Program-made: the position numbers and the translations under genes
Part shown: positions 21,278 through 32,181 of the stretch, piece after piece
Layout of the letters: each line of letters begins with the position of its first letter
Position numbering within the stretch: position 1 is the first letter of the stretch
The notes under the pieces: generated by a model
Databases searched by the model: none
The model's input: only the letters and a program-made list of their open reading frames with translations
Told to the model about the DNA's origin: nothing
Assembly: GCA_963751455.1 (NCBI GenBank)
Contig: CAVVUN010000015.1
Span: 972,304-1,036,303 of the forward strand
DNA length: 64,000 nt
Source of the DNA: Nitrospirota bacterium
GTDB lineage: Bacteria > Nitrospirota > UBA9217
Direction of reading: 5' to 3'

Positions 21278-23369
21278 TTGGCTAGGCAGTATTCATTAGA
21301 AAACACACGCAACATCGGTATTATGGCTCATATCGACGCCGGTAAAACGACGACGACCGAGCGTATTCTTTACTATACCGGTGTTTCTTATAAAATCGGC
21401 GAAGTACATGACGGCACGGCTGTCATGGACTGGATGGTGCAGGAGCAGGAACGGGGTATTACGATCACGTCTGCCGCCACGACCTGCTTCTGGCGGGATA
21501 AGCGTATCAACATCATTGATACTCCGGGCCATGTAGACTTTACGATTGAAGTTGAACGTTCGCTTCGCGTGCTTGACGGCGCAGTTGCTGCGTTCGATTC
21601 CGTGAGTGGTGTTGAACCTCAGTCCGAGACGGTCTGGAGGCAGGCTGACAAGTATCAAGTTCCCCGTATCGCGTTCATGAATAAGATGGACCGCATTGGT
21701 GCGGACTTCTACATGAGCGTCCAGAGCATGCACGACCGGCTTGGCGCGAACGCGGTGCCGATCCAGCTTCCGATAGGCGCTGAAGATAAGTTCCGCGGCT
21801 GCATAGACCTTGTCAGGATGAAGGCGGTTTTGTTCGACGACGAAACGCTCGGCGCGAAATATGTCGTGGAGGACATTCCTGCCGACCTTCTGCCAAAAGC
21901 CCAGGAATACCGCGAGAAGATGATCGAGAAGATCGCCGACGCGGACGATACCGTTATGGAAAAGTTCCTGAACGGCGAGCAGCCGACAGAAGCTGAGATC
22001 ATGGCTGCTATCCGCAAGGGCACGATCGCGATGAGCATCTTCCCGGTTATCTGCGGTTCGGCATTCAAGAATAAGGGCGTACAGCTTCTCCTTGATGCGG
22101 TCGTGGACTACCTCCCTTCACCGCTCGACATTCCCGCGGTCACAGGCATTGGACCCAAGGGAGAAGAAGTGGTTCGCACTGCCTCCGACAGCGAGCCCTT
22201 TGCGGGCATAGCATTTAAAATCATGACCGATCCTTTTGTTGGTCAGCTTACATTTGTCCGGGTTTACTCCGGAACGCTGACATCGGGATCGTATGTATAT
22301 AACTCTATCAAAAGGGACCAGAGAGCGTGTAGGCAGATTGCTCAAAATGCACGCGAACAAGCGCGAAGAGATCGAGCAGATATATTCAGGCGATATTTGT
22401 GCTGCAGTCGGACTCAAGAGCACGCTCACGGGGCATACCCTCTGCGATGAAAACAAACCCGTGGTGCTGGAAGCGATGGTTTTCCCGGAACCAGTCATCC
22501 ATGTGGCTGTCGAGCCCAAGACCAAGGCAGACCAGGAAAAACTTGGTTTCTCGCTCCAGAAGCTCATGCAGGAAGACCCCTCATTCCGCGTGCATACCGA
22601 CACAGAGACCGGTCAGACAATCATCTCGGGTATGGGCGAATTGCATCTGGAAATTATTGTTGACCGCCTTTTACGCGAGTTCAAAGTTGACGCAAACGTG
22701 GGTAAACCGCAGGTCGCGTACCGCGAAACGATCAAGAAAAAAGTTCACGCAGAGGGCAAGTATATCCGCCAGACCGGCGGTCGCGGCCAATACGGGCACG
22801 CGGTGCTGGAACTTGAACCGCAGGAACCGGGCAAAGGATTTGAATTCGTAAATAAAACCGTCGGCGGTTCGGTGCCAAAGGAATATGTTGCCCCGATTGA
22901 AAAGGGTATCGTTGAGGCCATGGAGAACGGTGTGATCGCCGGCTATCCGGTTGTTGACATTAAGGTCACCCTTGTTGACGGGTCCTATCATGATGTAGAC
23001 TCATCAGAAATGGCATTTAAGATCGCCGGATCCATGGCTTTCAAAGAAGGTGCGAATAAAGCCAATCCGGTGCTTCTCGAGCCGATCATGGCGGTCGAGG
23101 TGGTCTGCGCCGAGGAGTATATGGGAGATATTATCGGCGATCTGAGTTCCCGCCGGGGACGCGTGCAGAGCATGAATATGAGGGGGGCGGGAAGGGTCAT
23201 CGCGGCGCAGGTGCCGCTTTCGGAAATGTTCGGTTATGCGACTGATATCAGGTCCAAGACCCAGGGCAGGGCAACCTATACGATGCAATTTGCGCATTAT
23301 GAAGAGGTCCCCAAAACGATAGGAGAGCAGATCATCGCGAAGGTTAAGGGTGAGACTGTTAAGAAGTAA
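21278..23369 (+). CDS. fusA: Elongation factor G, frame interrupted by one apparent extra A at 22310-22313
   Basis: Track ORFs 21278-22450 and 22293-23369 join to a ~696-aa EF-G (..[28 protein letters not shown]..) if one A of the aaaa run is dropped. [10 protein letters not shown]-domain; TTG start. Confidence 0.9.
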
Positions 23370-23425
23370 GAAGTTTTTTTAATATCGAAATTTTTCAGAG
23401 GGCGTATGTCGATACGCCCCTACCG

Positions 23426-24742
23426 ACTTCCCGACAGGAGGGGATAGCATGGCAAAGGCAAAATTTGAGAGGACAAAACCTCATGTGAACGTGGGCACGA
23501 TCGGCCACGTGGACCACGGCAAAACGACGTTGACGGCAGCCATTACGAAGGTGCTGTCGCTCAAGAACTTTGCGAGCTTCGTGGCCTACGACCAGATCGA
23601 CAAGGCTCCGGAAGAACGGGAGCGCGGCATCACGATCGCGACTGCGCATGTTGAATACCAGACCGACAACCGCCATTACGCGCACGTCGACTGCCCCGGC
23701 CATGCCGACTACGTCAAGAACATGATCACGGGCGCCGCCCAGATGGACGGAGCGATTCTCGTTGTGTCCGCCGCGGACGGCCCCATGCCCCAGACCCGCG
23801 AGCATATCCTTCTTGCGCGCCAGGTCGGTGTGCCCTATATCGTCGTGTACATGAACAAGGTGGACATGGTAGATGACCCTGAGCTGATCGAGCTGGTGGA
23901 GCTTGAGATCCGGGAGCTTCTGTCCAAGTACCAGTTCCCCGGGGACAAGACTCCGATCGTCAAGGGCAGCGCGTTAAAGGCCCTCCAGAGCGACAGCAAG
24001 GACATAAACGCCCCCGAGTTCAAGAGCATCATGGAGCTTATGGCCGCTGTGGACAGCTACATTCCGCAGCCCAAGCGCGACATCGACAAGCCCTATCTTA
24101 TGCCGCTCGAAGACGTGTTTTCCATTGCGGGCCGCGGAACCGTGGTGACCGGCAGGATCGAGCGCGGTATCGTGAAGGTAGGCGATGAAATCGAGATTGT
24201 CGGAATCAAGCCCACGCAGAAGACGGTGGTCACGGGCGTTGAGATGTTCCGGAAGCTTCTGGATGCGGGCGAAGCCGGAGACAACGTTGGAGTTCTTCTG
24301 CGCGGCATCAAGAAAGAAGATGTGGAGCGCGGCATGGTTTTGGCAAAGCCGGGAAGCATCACCCCTCATACCAAGTTCAAGGCCGAGGCCTACGTGCTTA
24401 CGAAAGAAGAAGGCGGCCGGCACACTCCGTTCTTCAAAGGATACCGTCCCCAGTTCTATTTCCGTACGACGGACGTGACGGGCGTGGTAACGCTTGCTGA
24501 AGGCGTCGAGATGGTGATGCCGGGCGACAACATGACCTGCAGTGTGGAGTTGATCACCCCGATCGCCATGGACCAGGGGCTCCGGTTCGCCATCCGCGAG
24601 GGCGGCAGGACGGTGGGAGCAGGGGTTATTACGCAGGTTATTGAGTAAGAACTAAAGACGAGGGATGAGGGACGAAGGACGGAGGACGAAAAGGCATTGA
24701 AGTATGCGTCCATCGTCCGAGCGAACGCAATGAGCGGTCGTC
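23426..24742 (+). repeat. Copy 2 of the ~1.3-kb tuf direct repeat
   Basis: See 6677-7981. The 3' flank carries gaggacgaaaaggca where copy 1 has aac. Confidence 0.9.
23449..24648 (+). CDS. tuf: Elongation factor Tu (copy 2, tufA-like position after fusA)
   Basis: 399 aa, protein identical to copy 1. The 4 nucleotide differences are all synonymous third-position changes. Confidence 0.98.
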   Translation: MAKAKFERTKPHVNVGTIGHVDHGKTTLTAAITKVLSLKNFASFVAYDQIDKAPEERERGITIATAHVEYQTDNRHYAHVDCPGHADYVKNMITGAAQMDGAILVVSAADGPMPQTREHILLARQVGVPYIVVYMNKVDMVDDPELIELVELEIRELLSKYQFPGDKTPIVKGSALKALQSDSKDINAPEFKSIMELMAAVDSYIPQPKRDIDKPYLMPLEDVFSIAGRGTVVTGRIERGIVKVGDEIEIVGIKPTQKTVVTGVEMFRKLLDAGEAGDNVGVLLRGIKKEDVERGMVLAKPGSITPHTKFKAEAYVLTKEEGGRHTPFFKGYRPQFYFRTTDVTGVVTLAEGVEMVMPGDNMTCSVELITPIAMDQGLRFAIREGGRTVGAGVITQVIE

Positions 24743-24769
24743 CATCATGTTTTTTAAGGAAGGTACAAC

Positions 24770-25075
24770 GTGACACAGAAGATACGGATACGATTAAAGG
24801 GATACGATCATAGGCTGCTCGATCAGTCTGCGGTAGAGATCATGGATACGGCAAAAAGAACCGGAGCGAAAGTATCCGGTCCCATTCCCTTGCCGACCCG
24901 GATCAACAGGTGGACAGTGCTTCGTTCCCCGCATGTCGATAAAAAATCACGGGAACAGTTTGAAATCCGGACACATAAGAGGCTGATGGATATCCTGGAT
25001 CCTACACCGCAAACGGTTGATGCTCTCATGAAGCTCGATCTCGCCGCGGGCGTCGATGTGGAGATCAAGCTGTAA
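24770..25075 (+). CDS. rpsJ: 30S ribosomal protein S10
   Basis: 101 aa. GTG start; [16 protein letters not shown]...[13 protein letters not shown]. Confidence 0.97.
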   Translation: MTQKIRIRLKGYDHRLLDQSAVEIMDTAKRTGAKVSGPIPLPTRINRWTVLRSPHVDKKSREQFEIRTHKRLMDILDPTPQTVDALMKLDLAAGVDVEIKL

Positions 25076-25121
25076 TCTTTCTGAAACGAGCCCGCGCAGG
25101 TGGTGGGTGAGGGGACTTGAA

Positions 25122-25736
25122 ATGAGTAAGGGTATTATCGGAAAAAAGATAGGCATGAGCCAGCACTTCACCGGTGGTGAACTTATCCCGGTTACAGTCG
25201 TTCAGGCAGGACCGTGCACGGTCGTCCAGAAGAAGACAACGGAAAAAGACGGGTACGAGGCGATCCAGCTTGCATTTGAGGAAGAAAAGAAAAAGGATCG
25301 AGTGACCAAGCCCATAGCTGGCCATTTTAAAAAGGCCAGCATCCAGCCGCATCGTTTTCTTCGCGAGTTTCGAACCGGTGAATTCGAGCAGGGACAGGTC
25401 GTAACTGTGGATATCTTTAAAAAAGGCGAGCGCATCGCGGTGAGCGGCGTGAGCAAGGGCAAAGGGTTTGCCGGTGTTATGAAGCGCCACAATTTCGCGG
25501 GCGGCCCCGGCGGACACGGATCAATGTTCAACCGCCGGCCGGGTTCTATCGGAGCCAGCGCTTACCCGTCACGGGTGTGGCCAGGCAAGAAACTTCCGGG
25601 ACACATGGGCTGCGCCAATGTGACGATAAAAAATTTAGAAATCGTCGAAGTTCGTCCTGATCAGAATCTGTTGTTTATACGTGGAGCAGTGCCGGGCGGT
25701 GCTAACGGCCTGCTTGTAATTTATAAGGCTGAATGA
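25122..25736 (+). CDS. rplC: 50S ribosomal protein L3
   Basis: [15 protein letters not shown]-terminus at ATG 25122 (track ORF begins upstream at 25056, overlapping rpsJ). Confidence 0.95.
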   Translation: MSKGIIGKKIGMSQHFTGGELIPVTVVQAGPCTVVQKKTTEKDGYEAIQLAFEEEKKKDRVTKPIAGHFKKASIQPHRFLREFRTGEFEQGQVVTVDIFKKGERIAVSGVSKGKGFAGVMKRHNFAGGPGGHGSMFNRRPGSIGASAYPSRVWPGKKLPGHMGCANVTIKNLEIVEVRPDQNLLFIRGAVPGGANGLLVIYKAE

Positions 25737-25757
25737 GAAGGATAGAGGATTATTGTC

Positions 25758-26381
25758 ATGCCGTCAGTCGTAATGGTTGATCAAAACAATAAAAAAGTTA
25801 AAGATGTAGAGCTTTCAGGGTTTCTTTCTTCCGAAGTTCGGCCGCACCTTCTTCATGCCGCCGTGGTAAACCAGCTCGCAAACAGACGGGCAGGAACGGC
25901 CGCTACCAAGAATAAGGCGATGGTGCGCGGAGGCGGTAAAAAACCTTTTAAACAGAAGGGCACCGGCAGGGCCCGTGCAGGCAGCAGCCGTTCGCCGCTT
26001 TGGCGACATGGCGGCACGGTATTCGGTCCGATGCCGCGCGACTATTCCTACTCGCTTCCGAAGAAGGCGAAGCGCGCAGCGCTTGTTGACGCTCTTGCGT
26101 CGAAAGTTGTTGAAAACAAACTCGTGCTGATAGACAACCTCAATTTTTCGGAGCCAAAGACCAAGCTGGTGTCCGCAATGCTGGGAACCCTCGGGATTCA
26201 GGAAACAGCGCTTGTGCTTATTAACGCCGAGAATAAAAACTTGAGCTTGGCTGCGCGGAACATACCGACGGTAAAAGTGCTCAGAATGCAGAACATCAAC
26301 GTATATGACGTTCTCAAATACCGGTACCTTATCACGACGCAGGATGCCCTGAACGCCATGCAGGAGGTTTACGGTAAATGA
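25758..26381 (+). CDS. rplD: 50S ribosomal protein L4
   Basis: 207 aa. GGGKKPFKQKGTGRARAGSSRSPLWRHGG. Confidence 0.97.
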   Translation: MPSVVMVDQNNKKVKDVELSGFLSSEVRPHLLHAAVVNQLANRRAGTAATKNKAMVRGGGKKPFKQKGTGRARAGSSRSPLWRHGGTVFGPMPRDYSYSLPKKAKRAALVDALASKVVENKLVLIDNLNFSEPKTKLVSAMLGTLGIQETALVLINAENKNLSLAARNIPTVKVLRMQNINVYDVLKYRYLITTQDALNAMQEVYGK

Positions 26382-26671
26382 AGATCGACATGTATGACAT
26401 AATTCGGGTGCCCCGCATAACTGAAAAAGGCGCGCGACTGAAGGAAAAGAACAACGTCCTCACGTTCGAAGTAAGGACTGACGCCAATAAAGTGCAGGTT
26501 CGGAAAGCGGTCGAGGGCATCTTCAAGGTGAAGGTGGCCGACGTTACTACCGTTAAGACGCTGGGCAAAAAAAAGCGCATGGGCCAGCGCGTCGGCTACC
26601 GGTCGGACTGGAAGAAAGCGTTCGTGACGCTCAAACCGGGCGAAAAGATTGATATATTTGAGGGTGCTTAA
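26378..26671 (+). CDS. rplW: 50S ribosomal protein L23
   Basis: 97 aa; 4-nt overlap with the rplD stop; typical L23 sequence. Confidence 0.95.
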   Translation: MKIDMYDIIRVPRITEKGARLKEKNNVLTFEVRTDANKVQVRKAVEGIFKVKVADVTTVKTLGKKKRMGQRVGYRSDWKKAFVTLKPGEKIDIFEGA

Positions 26672-27499
26672 ATGCCGGTAAAGACCTATAATCCAACATC
26701 TCCGGGAAGACGTTTTCAGACAACATCCACGTTCGAAGAAGTAACGCGGAGCAAGCCGGAAAAATCTCTGGTAGTGAAACTGAGCGAGAGCGGCGGAAGA
26801 AACAATCGCGGAAAGATAACTGTCCGCTATCGCGCGGGGTGGCATAAGAAAAAATACCGGATCGTCGATTTCAAGCGCGACAAGACCGGAATACCGGCCA
26901 AAGTCGCTCATATCGAATATGATCCCAACCGGTCCGCGAGGATCGCGCTCCTTCATTATGCCGACGGTGAAAAACGCTACATAATCGCGCCCCTCGGACT
27001 GAATGTCGGCGATGCGGTAGTATCCGGTCCGAACGCCGATATCAAGCCCGGGAATGCGCTTCCGATCACCGCAATACCGGTCGGTACGGTTCTTCATAAC
27101 GTGGAGTTGAAAAAAGGGGCAGGCGGACAGCTTGCCAGGAGCGCCGGATCTTCAGCGCAGCTTCTTGCCCGCGAGGGAGAATATGCGACGCTCCGCCTCA
27201 ACTCCGGTGAAGTGCGAATGGTCAGATCCGACTGCATGGGTACCATAGGCCAGGTCGGGAACCTCGACCATGAAAACATCAGCATCGGCAAGGCGGGAAG
27301 ATCCCGCTGGATGGGAATGAGACCGAGGGTCCGCGGAGTGGTGATGAACCCGGTTGATCATCCACTGGGCGGCGGCGAAGGAAAGTCTTCGGGCGGCAGG
27401 CCGGGGTGTTCGCCATGGGGTCTCCCCGACGGGAAAAAAACAAGACACAACAAGATTACAACAAAGTACATTATTTCGAGAAGAACGAAGAGCAGGTAA
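26672..27499 (+). CDS. rplB: 50S ribosomal protein L2
   Basis: 275 aa. [18 protein letters not shown] motif. Confidence 0.98.
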   Translation: MPVKTYNPTSPGRRFQTTSTFEEVTRSKPEKSLVVKLSESGGRNNRGKITVRYRAGWHKKKYRIVDFKRDKTGIPAKVAHIEYDPNRSARIALLHYADGEKRYIIAPLGLNVGDAVVSGPNADIKPGNALPITAIPVGTVLHNVELKKGAGGQLARSAGSSAQLLAREGEYATLRLNSGEVRMVRSDCMGTIGQVGNLDHENISIGKAGRSRWMGMRPRVRGVVMNPVDHPLGGGEGKSSGGRPGCSPWGLPDGKKTRHNKITTKYIISRRTKSR

Positions 27500-27507
27500 T
27501 GTAATTG

Positions 27508-27568
27508 CGGATTTCACCCTGCACTCGCGCTGCCGCACTCGAAAGCGCTGGGTGCAGGCGAAAATCCG
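27508..27568. repeat. Composite hairpin in the unusually long (90-nt) rplB-rpsS spacer
   Basis: cggatttc / gaaaatccg outer stem, cctgcac / gtgcagg middle stem, gcgct / agcgc inner stem. The outer arms carry the aaatccg motif of the spacer-element family. Confidence 0.5.
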
Positions 27569-27589
27569 AAATAAGAAGCGGAGGACACG

Positions 27590-27880
27590 GTGCCGAGATC
27601 AGTTAAAAAAGGCCCTTTTATCGAAGAAAGCCTCTTGAAAAAAGTGGAGGCGATGAATACGGCCGGCGAAAAAAAGATTACGAAAACATGGTCGCGACGG
27701 TCCATGATCAGTCCTGATTTTGTCGGCCACACGCTTGCAGTCCATAACGGCAAGAAATTCATTCCGGTTTACGTGACGGAAAACATGGTTGGACATAAAC
27801 TCGGAGAGTTTTCTCCGACCAGGACTTTCAGGGCGCATGGCGGATCAAAAGCCGCTGAAAAGACGACGGCGCCCAAGTAA
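27590..27880 (+). CDS. rpsS: 30S ribosomal protein S19
   Basis: 96 aa. GTG start; [12 protein letters not shown]...GHKLGEF. Confidence 0.97.
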   Translation: MPRSVKKGPFIEESLLKKVEAMNTAGEKKITKTWSRRSMISPDFVGHTLAVHNGKKFIPVYVTENMVGHKLGEFSPTRTFRAHGGSKAAEKTTAPK

Positions 27881-27922
27881 TCTGTCTGCACACCGGCCCC
27901 GATTTTAGAGTGAGGACGACAA

Positions 27923-28252
27923 ATGGAAGCAAGCGCAACTGCAAGACACATACGAATCACGCCGCGCAAGGCGCGACAGGTAGTGGATCTGATCCGCGGC
28001 AAGCGGGTGGGAGACGCGATTAATATTCTTACCTTCACTCCGCTCCATGCCGCACGGATTGTGAAGAAGGTTCTGGATTCTGCGGTAGCAAACGCAGAGC
28101 AGAAAAAGGTGGGTGACCTCGACTCGTTGACGATTGCGCAGGCATACGTGAACCAGGGTGTTACGATGAAGCGCATGAGAGCACGGGCGATGGGTCGCGG
28201 CAATACTATCAGAAAGAGAACCAGCCATATTACGGTGGTGCTTTCCGCGTAG
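27923..28252 (+). CDS. rplV: 50S ribosomal protein L22
   Basis: 109 aa. [17 protein letters not shown]. Confidence 0.97.
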   Translation: MEASATARHIRITPRKARQVVDLIRGKRVGDAINILTFTPLHAARIVKKVLDSAVANAEQKKVGDLDSLTIAQAYVNQGVTMKRMRARAMGRGNTIRKRTSHITVVLSA

Positions 28253-28272
28253 AACTGACGGACGGAGGAATA

Positions 28273-28917
28273 ATGGGACAGAAGGTTCATCCTATCGGGC
28301 TTCGGCTCGGAATCATAAAAACATGGGATTCTCGCTGGTTCTCACAGAAGAATTACGCGACGCTACTCCACGAGGATATCAAGATACGGTCGATAGTGAA
28401 AGAGCGCCTGATGCACGCAGGCGTATCGAAGGTGGAGATCGAGCGGGCCGGGCAGAAGGCCAAGATCAATATTCATACCGCCAGACCGGGAATTATCATC
28501 GGGAAAAAGGGCGCCGAAGTAGATAAGCTCAAGAAAGACCTCGAAGCCATGACCGGCAAGCAGATGTATATCAATATTCAGGAAATCAGAAGGCCGGAAC
28601 TGGATGCTCAGCTTGTCGCCGAAAATATCGCTCTTCAGCTGGAGCGCAGAATTGCTTTCCGCAGAGCCATGAAAAAAGCAGTTACCTCGGCCCTTCGGCT
28701 GGGCGCGCTCGGCATCAAAATAACCTGCGCAGGGAGACTGGCAGGGGCGGAAATTGCAAGGACTGAGTGGTATCGCGAGGGAAGAGTGCCGCTTCATACG
28801 CTCCGCGCAGACATTCAGTACGGCTTCTTTGAAGCTAAAACCACAATGGGACAAATCGGCGTAAAGGTGCTGATCTACCGCGGTGATGTGCTTCAGCCGC
28901 CTACCGCAGCAGCGTAA
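28273..28917 (+). CDS. rpsC: 30S ribosomal protein S3
   Basis: 214 aa. [14 protein letters not shown]; KH domain. Confidence 0.98.
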   Translation: MGQKVHPIGLRLGIIKTWDSRWFSQKNYATLLHEDIKIRSIVKERLMHAGVSKVEIERAGQKAKINIHTARPGIIIGKKGAEVDKLKKDLEAMTGKQMYINIQEIRRPELDAQLVAENIALQLERRIAFRRAMKKAVTSALRLGALGIKITCAGRLAGAEIARTEWYREGRVPLHTLRADIQYGFFEAKTTMGQIGVKVLIYRGDVLQPPTAAA

Positions 28918-28952
28918 TTTATTCGTACATCCCGGAATAAAGGACTGGTATC

Positions 28953-29369
28953 ATGCTAGCACCAAAAAGAGTAAAACACAGGAAGATGCATAAAGGAAGA
29001 CGGACCGGCACGGCATATCGGGGAGCTGAAGTCAGTTACGGGGAGTATGGCCTCAAGGTCATGGAGCCCGGCTGGATCACCAGCAGGCAGATTGAGGCCG
29101 CCCGTATCGCGATGACACGCTATGTCAAGCGCGGAGGAAAGATCTGGATACGCGTTTTCCCGGACAAGCCGATCACAAAGAAGCCCGCGGAAACGCGTAT
29201 GGGCAAAGGCAAGGGAGCGCCCGAATACTGGGTAGCTGTTGTCAAGCCGGGACGGGTCCTGTATGAAATGGGCGGCGTAGATGAGTCAGTGGCAAAAGAG
29301 GCCTTTCGCCTGGCAGCTTATAAACTGCCGGTTGCCACGAAATTCGTTTCCCGGGAGGCGGAGCTATGA
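28953..29369 (+). CDS. rplP: 50S ribosomal protein L16
   Basis: 138 aa. [16 protein letters not shown]. Confidence 0.98.
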   Translation: MLAPKRVKHRKMHKGRRTGTAYRGAEVSYGEYGLKVMEPGWITSRQIEAARIAMTRYVKRGGKIWIRVFPDKPITKKPAETRMGKGKGAPEYWVAVVKPGRVLYEMGGVDESVAKEAFRLAAYKLPVATKFVSREAEL

Positions 29370-29569
29370 AGACGACCACTGCCAGGGATTTGCGTGATTT
29401 GTCCAGTGAAGAACTGGTTGCCAAGGCGACAGATCTGAAAAAGGAATTGTTCAATCTGCGGGTGCAGCAGGCGATGGGACAGATAGAGAACCCGATGCGC
29501 TTGAGGCTGCTCCGTAAGGATATAGCCAAAACAAAAACCGTGTTAAAGGAAAAGTATGGCCGAGTCTAA
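29366..29569 (+). CDS. rpmC: 50S ribosomal protein L29
   Basis: 67 aa; overlaps the rplP stop; [24 protein letters not shown]. Confidence 0.95.
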   Translation: MKTTTARDLRDLSSEELVAKATDLKKELFNLRVQQAMGQIENPMRLRLLRKDIAKTKTVLKEKYGRV

Positions 29570-29825
29570 CGAATCTAAAAAGCGTAAAACGTATACAGGG
29601 CAGGTGGTCAGCGACAAAATGGACAAGACCGTGGTGCTTGCGGTCACGAGGCGTATCTCTCATGCAAAGTATACCAAGACCATAAATCGCACCACCAAGT
29701 TCAAGGTCCATGATGAAAAAAATGAGTGTAAGGTTGGCGATGTTGTACGGTTTATAGAAACGCGCCCGCTTTCCAAGGAAAAACGTTGGACGGTTCTCGA
29801 TATCGTCGAGAAAGCCAAGCAATAA
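29556..29825 (+). CDS. rpsQ: 30S ribosomal protein S17
   Basis: 89 aa. [16 protein letters not shown]...[15 protein letters not shown]. Confidence 0.95.
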   Translation: MAESNESKKRKTYTGQVVSDKMDKTVVLAVTRRISHAKYTKTINRTTKFKVHDEKNECKVGDVVRFIETRPLSKEKRWTVLDIVEKAKQ

Positions 29826-29869
29826 CCACGATCATGTATAATTCGAAAACTCTTTCTTGAGGATGAGAT

Positions 29870-30238
29870 ATGATTCAGCAGCAGACGGTATTAGATGTCG
29901 CCGATAACTCCGGCGCGAAAAAAGTAATGTGCATCAAAGTGCTTGGCGGGACTCGAAAGCGGTATGCGAGCCTGGGCGATGTTATCGTCGTGGCGATCAA
30001 GATGGCCATACCTGAAGGTCAGGTCAAAAAAGGCACCGTTGCGAAGGCTGTCGTGGTCCGGACAACCAAAGAGGTGCGCCGCCAGGACGGATCATACATA
30101 AAATTCGACCGCAATGCTGCTGTATTGATAAACAATGCGAACGAACCGATCGGAACACGTATTTTCGGACCTGTGGCGCGTGAGCTTCGCAAAAAGAACT
30201 TCATGAAAATAATTTCGCTTGCGCCTGAAGTGCTGTAA
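29870..30238 (+). CDS. rplN: 50S ribosomal protein L14
   Basis: 122 aa. [27 protein letters not shown]. Confidence 0.98.
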   Translation: MIQQQTVLDVADNSGAKKVMCIKVLGGTRKRYASLGDVIVVAIKMAIPEGQVKKGTVAKAVVVRTTKEVRRQDGSYIKFDRNAAVLINNANEPIGTRIFGPVARELRKKNFMKIISLAPEVL

Positions 30239-30242
30239 ACGT

Positions 30243-30420
30243 GGGAATCAGGTAAAACGTTATTTTACCATCTCCTGAGAAACAGGAGAAGGGAATCAAG
30301 GAAAAGCATAGACTCATTATCGTACCATCTCCTTGAAGCGTCAGGAGACGGGAATCAAGGAAAAGCATAGACTCATTATCGTACCATCTCCTTGAAGCGT
30401 CAGGAGACGGGAATCAAGGA
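30243..30420 (+). repeat. Tandem direct repeat, 59-nt unit: two perfect copies, a 12-nt partial copy, and a degenerate 48-nt leading copy
   Basis: 30291-30349 and 30350-30408 are identical (gggaatcaaggaaaagcatagactcattatcgtaccatctccttgaagcgtcaggagac). 30409-30420 restarts the unit; 30243-30290 is a diverged copy. Each unit holds a tctcct...aggaga hairpin. Confidence 0.9.
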
Positions 30421-30432
30421 CAGGATCAGAAA

Positions 30433-30744
30433 ATGCAGATAAGAAAAAACGACAATGTGATGGTGGTCTCCGGCAAGGAGAAGGGTAAAAAGGGCAGAGT
30501 GATTGCAGTCTACCCGGGCACCAACAGGGTCCTCATAGAGAAGCTGAACTTGATCAAAAGGCACACGAGGCCGAACCAGCAGCTCCGGCAGGGCGGCATC
30601 GTGGAGAAGGAAAGTCCGATTTCGATATCGAATGTCGCGCTGATTTGCGCTAAATGCGATAAACCGACGACGGTGTCCCGGCAGGCTCAGGGCGAGGGAC
30701 CGAGGGTCAGGGTCTGCAGGCAGTGCGACGCAGCCATCGATTAA
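30433..30744 (+). CDS. rplX: 50S ribosomal protein L24 (with C-terminal CxxC...CxxC)
   Basis: 103 aa. KOW motif (NDNVMVVSGKEKGKKGRV); CAKC...CRQC pair. Confidence 0.95.
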   Translation: MQIRKNDNVMVVSGKEKGKKGRVIAVYPGTNRVLIEKLNLIKRHTRPNQQLRQGGIVEKESPISISNVALICAKCDKPTTVSRQAQGEGPRVRVCRQCDAAID

Positions 30745-30788
30745 CGGACAACTGTCGGACAAGAATGCGGAAATTAGGATAGGGAACT

Positions 30789-31508
30789 ATGGCGGATAAA
30801 AAAGATAAGAGCAAGGACGTCAAAAGCAGCGATCAGAAGAAAGGTTCTTCTGCCGCACCCAAGGCCGTTGCCAAGCCGAAGGCGGGCGCAAAGGCAGTGA
30901 AAAAAGAGGGAAAGCCCGAAGGTGGTGTTCAGGAGCCGGGTCAAAAGACCGCACCGGTTCGGATACCGACACCTCGTCTGAGGCAGAAGTATCACGACGT
31001 TGCAGTGCCGGCGATGATGAAGGAATTCAGTTACAAGAATCCCATGCAGGCGCCCAGACTCGTAAAGGTCGTGCTCAACATGGGTATGGGTGAAGCGATT
31101 ACCAATGCAAAAGCACTGGATTCCGCAGCCGCTGAACTCGGGAAAATAACGGGACAGAGGCCGGTCATTACCAAGGCAAAGAAATCGATAGCAACTTTCA
31201 AGCTGAGAACAGGAATGCCGATCGGCTGCATGGTGACACTCAGGCGTGAACGGATGTATGAATTTCTGGATCGTTTCATCAGCGCAGCGCTTCCGCGCAT
31301 ACGAGATTTTAAGGGTTTATCCTCCAAGTCTTTCGACGGAAGAGGAAATTACACGGTCGGCATCAAGGAGCAGGTGATCTTCCCGGAGATCGAGATCGAC
31401 AAGGTGGATTCGATCCACGGGATGGACATCGTGATTGTTACCACTGCGAAAACGGATGAAGAAGGAAGGGCACTGCTCGGTCATCTGGGTATGCCGTACC
31501 GGAAGTAA
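30789..31508 (+). CDS. rplE: 50S ribosomal protein L5 with a ~60-aa Lys/Ala/Pro-rich N-terminal extension
   Basis: 239 aa. The L5 core starts near [19 protein letters not shown]; the preceding residues have no L5 counterpart. No in-frame ATG/GTG/TTG lies close to the core start. Confidence 0.85.
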   Translation: MADKKDKSKDVKSSDQKKGSSAAPKAVAKPKAGAKAVKKEGKPEGGVQEPGQKTAPVRIPTPRLRQKYHDVAVPAMMKEFSYKNPMQAPRLVKVVLNMGMGEAITNAKALDSAAAELGKITGQRPVITKAKKSIATFKLRTGMPIGCMVTLRRERMYEFLDRFISAALPRIRDFKGLSSKSFDGRGNYTVGIKEQVIFPEIEIDKVDSIHGMDIVIVTTAKTDEEGRALLGHLGMPYRK

Positions 31509-31539
31509 GCCGCCGTCAGGCGGACGCGATGGAGGAATA

Positions 31540-31725
31540 ATGGCAAAGAAGTCTTTAATAGCAAAGGCAACGAGAGCGCCGAAGTTCAAGGTGCGTGCAT
31601 ACCACCGCTGTCCGCTGTGCGGACGGTCGAGGGGGTATCTCAGAAAATTCGATATGTGCAGAATCTGTTTCAGGAACCGGGCGCTCAAGGGAGAGATTCC
31701 CGGCGTTATAAAGGCAAGCTGGTAG
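31540..31725 (+). CDS. rpsN: 30S ribosomal protein S14, short zinc-binding (type Z) form
   Basis: 61 aa. [45 protein letters not shown]; ggagga RBS before ATG 31540. Confidence 0.95.
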   Translation: MAKKSLIAKATRAPKFKVRAYHRCPLCGRSRGYLRKFDMCRICFRNRALKGEIPGVIKASW

Positions 31726-31743
31726 GTAAAAGGGGCTGAACCA

Positions 31744-32139
31744 ATGATGACCGATCCGATCGCGGACATGCTAACGCGCATCCGCAATGCCAGTAAGGCA
31801 AAACATGAAAAAGTAGATATTCCTTCCTCAAAGCTGAAGGTTGAGATTGCGAAGATCCTGAAGGATGAGGGGTTTGTCAAGAACGTCAAGCTGGTAAAAG
31901 ACCGGAGACAAGGCTTGATCCGCGTATATCTTAAATATACAGACGAAGAGGTGCCGATTATCCAGGGTCTGAAGCGGATAAGCAGGCCGGGTTGTCGCGT
32001 CTATGCCGGTAACGACGCCATCCCGAAAGTCCTGGCAGGATTGGGAACCGCCATTCTGTCAACACCCAGGGGAATCCAGACGGGTAAACAGGCGAAGAAG
32101 GACAATGTGGGCGGAGAAGTGCTCTGCCATGTCTGGTAG
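31744..32139 (+). CDS. rpsH: 30S ribosomal protein S8
   Basis: 131 aa. [14 protein letters not shown]. Confidence 0.97.
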   Translation: MMTDPIADMLTRIRNASKAKHEKVDIPSSKLKVEIAKILKDEGFVKNVKLVKDRRQGLIRVYLKYTDEEVPIIQGLKRISRPGCRVYAGNDAIPKVLAGLGTAILSTPRGIQTGKQAKKDNVGGEVLCHVW

Positions 32140-32181
32140 CTTATTACGGTCGTAGAATTCAGGAGTTGTGTAGGAGCTGTT

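Noticed and set aside
9848-22313. Programmed +1 ribosomal frameshifting as the explanation for the rplA (CCC-G) and fusA (AAA-AGG) breaks
   Set aside because: Both contexts are slippage-prone. However, no such recoding is known for these universally conserved genes, both sites are simple homopolymers, and the assembly shows many other indel-type breaks. A sequence error is more parsimonious. The two sites are kept as low-to-moderate findings pending read evidence.
30243-30420. Considered whether the direct repeats could be a small CRISPR array
   Set aside because: The units are contiguous with no unique spacers, the period is 59 nt, and there are no cas genes. This is a tandem duplication, not a repeat-spacer array.
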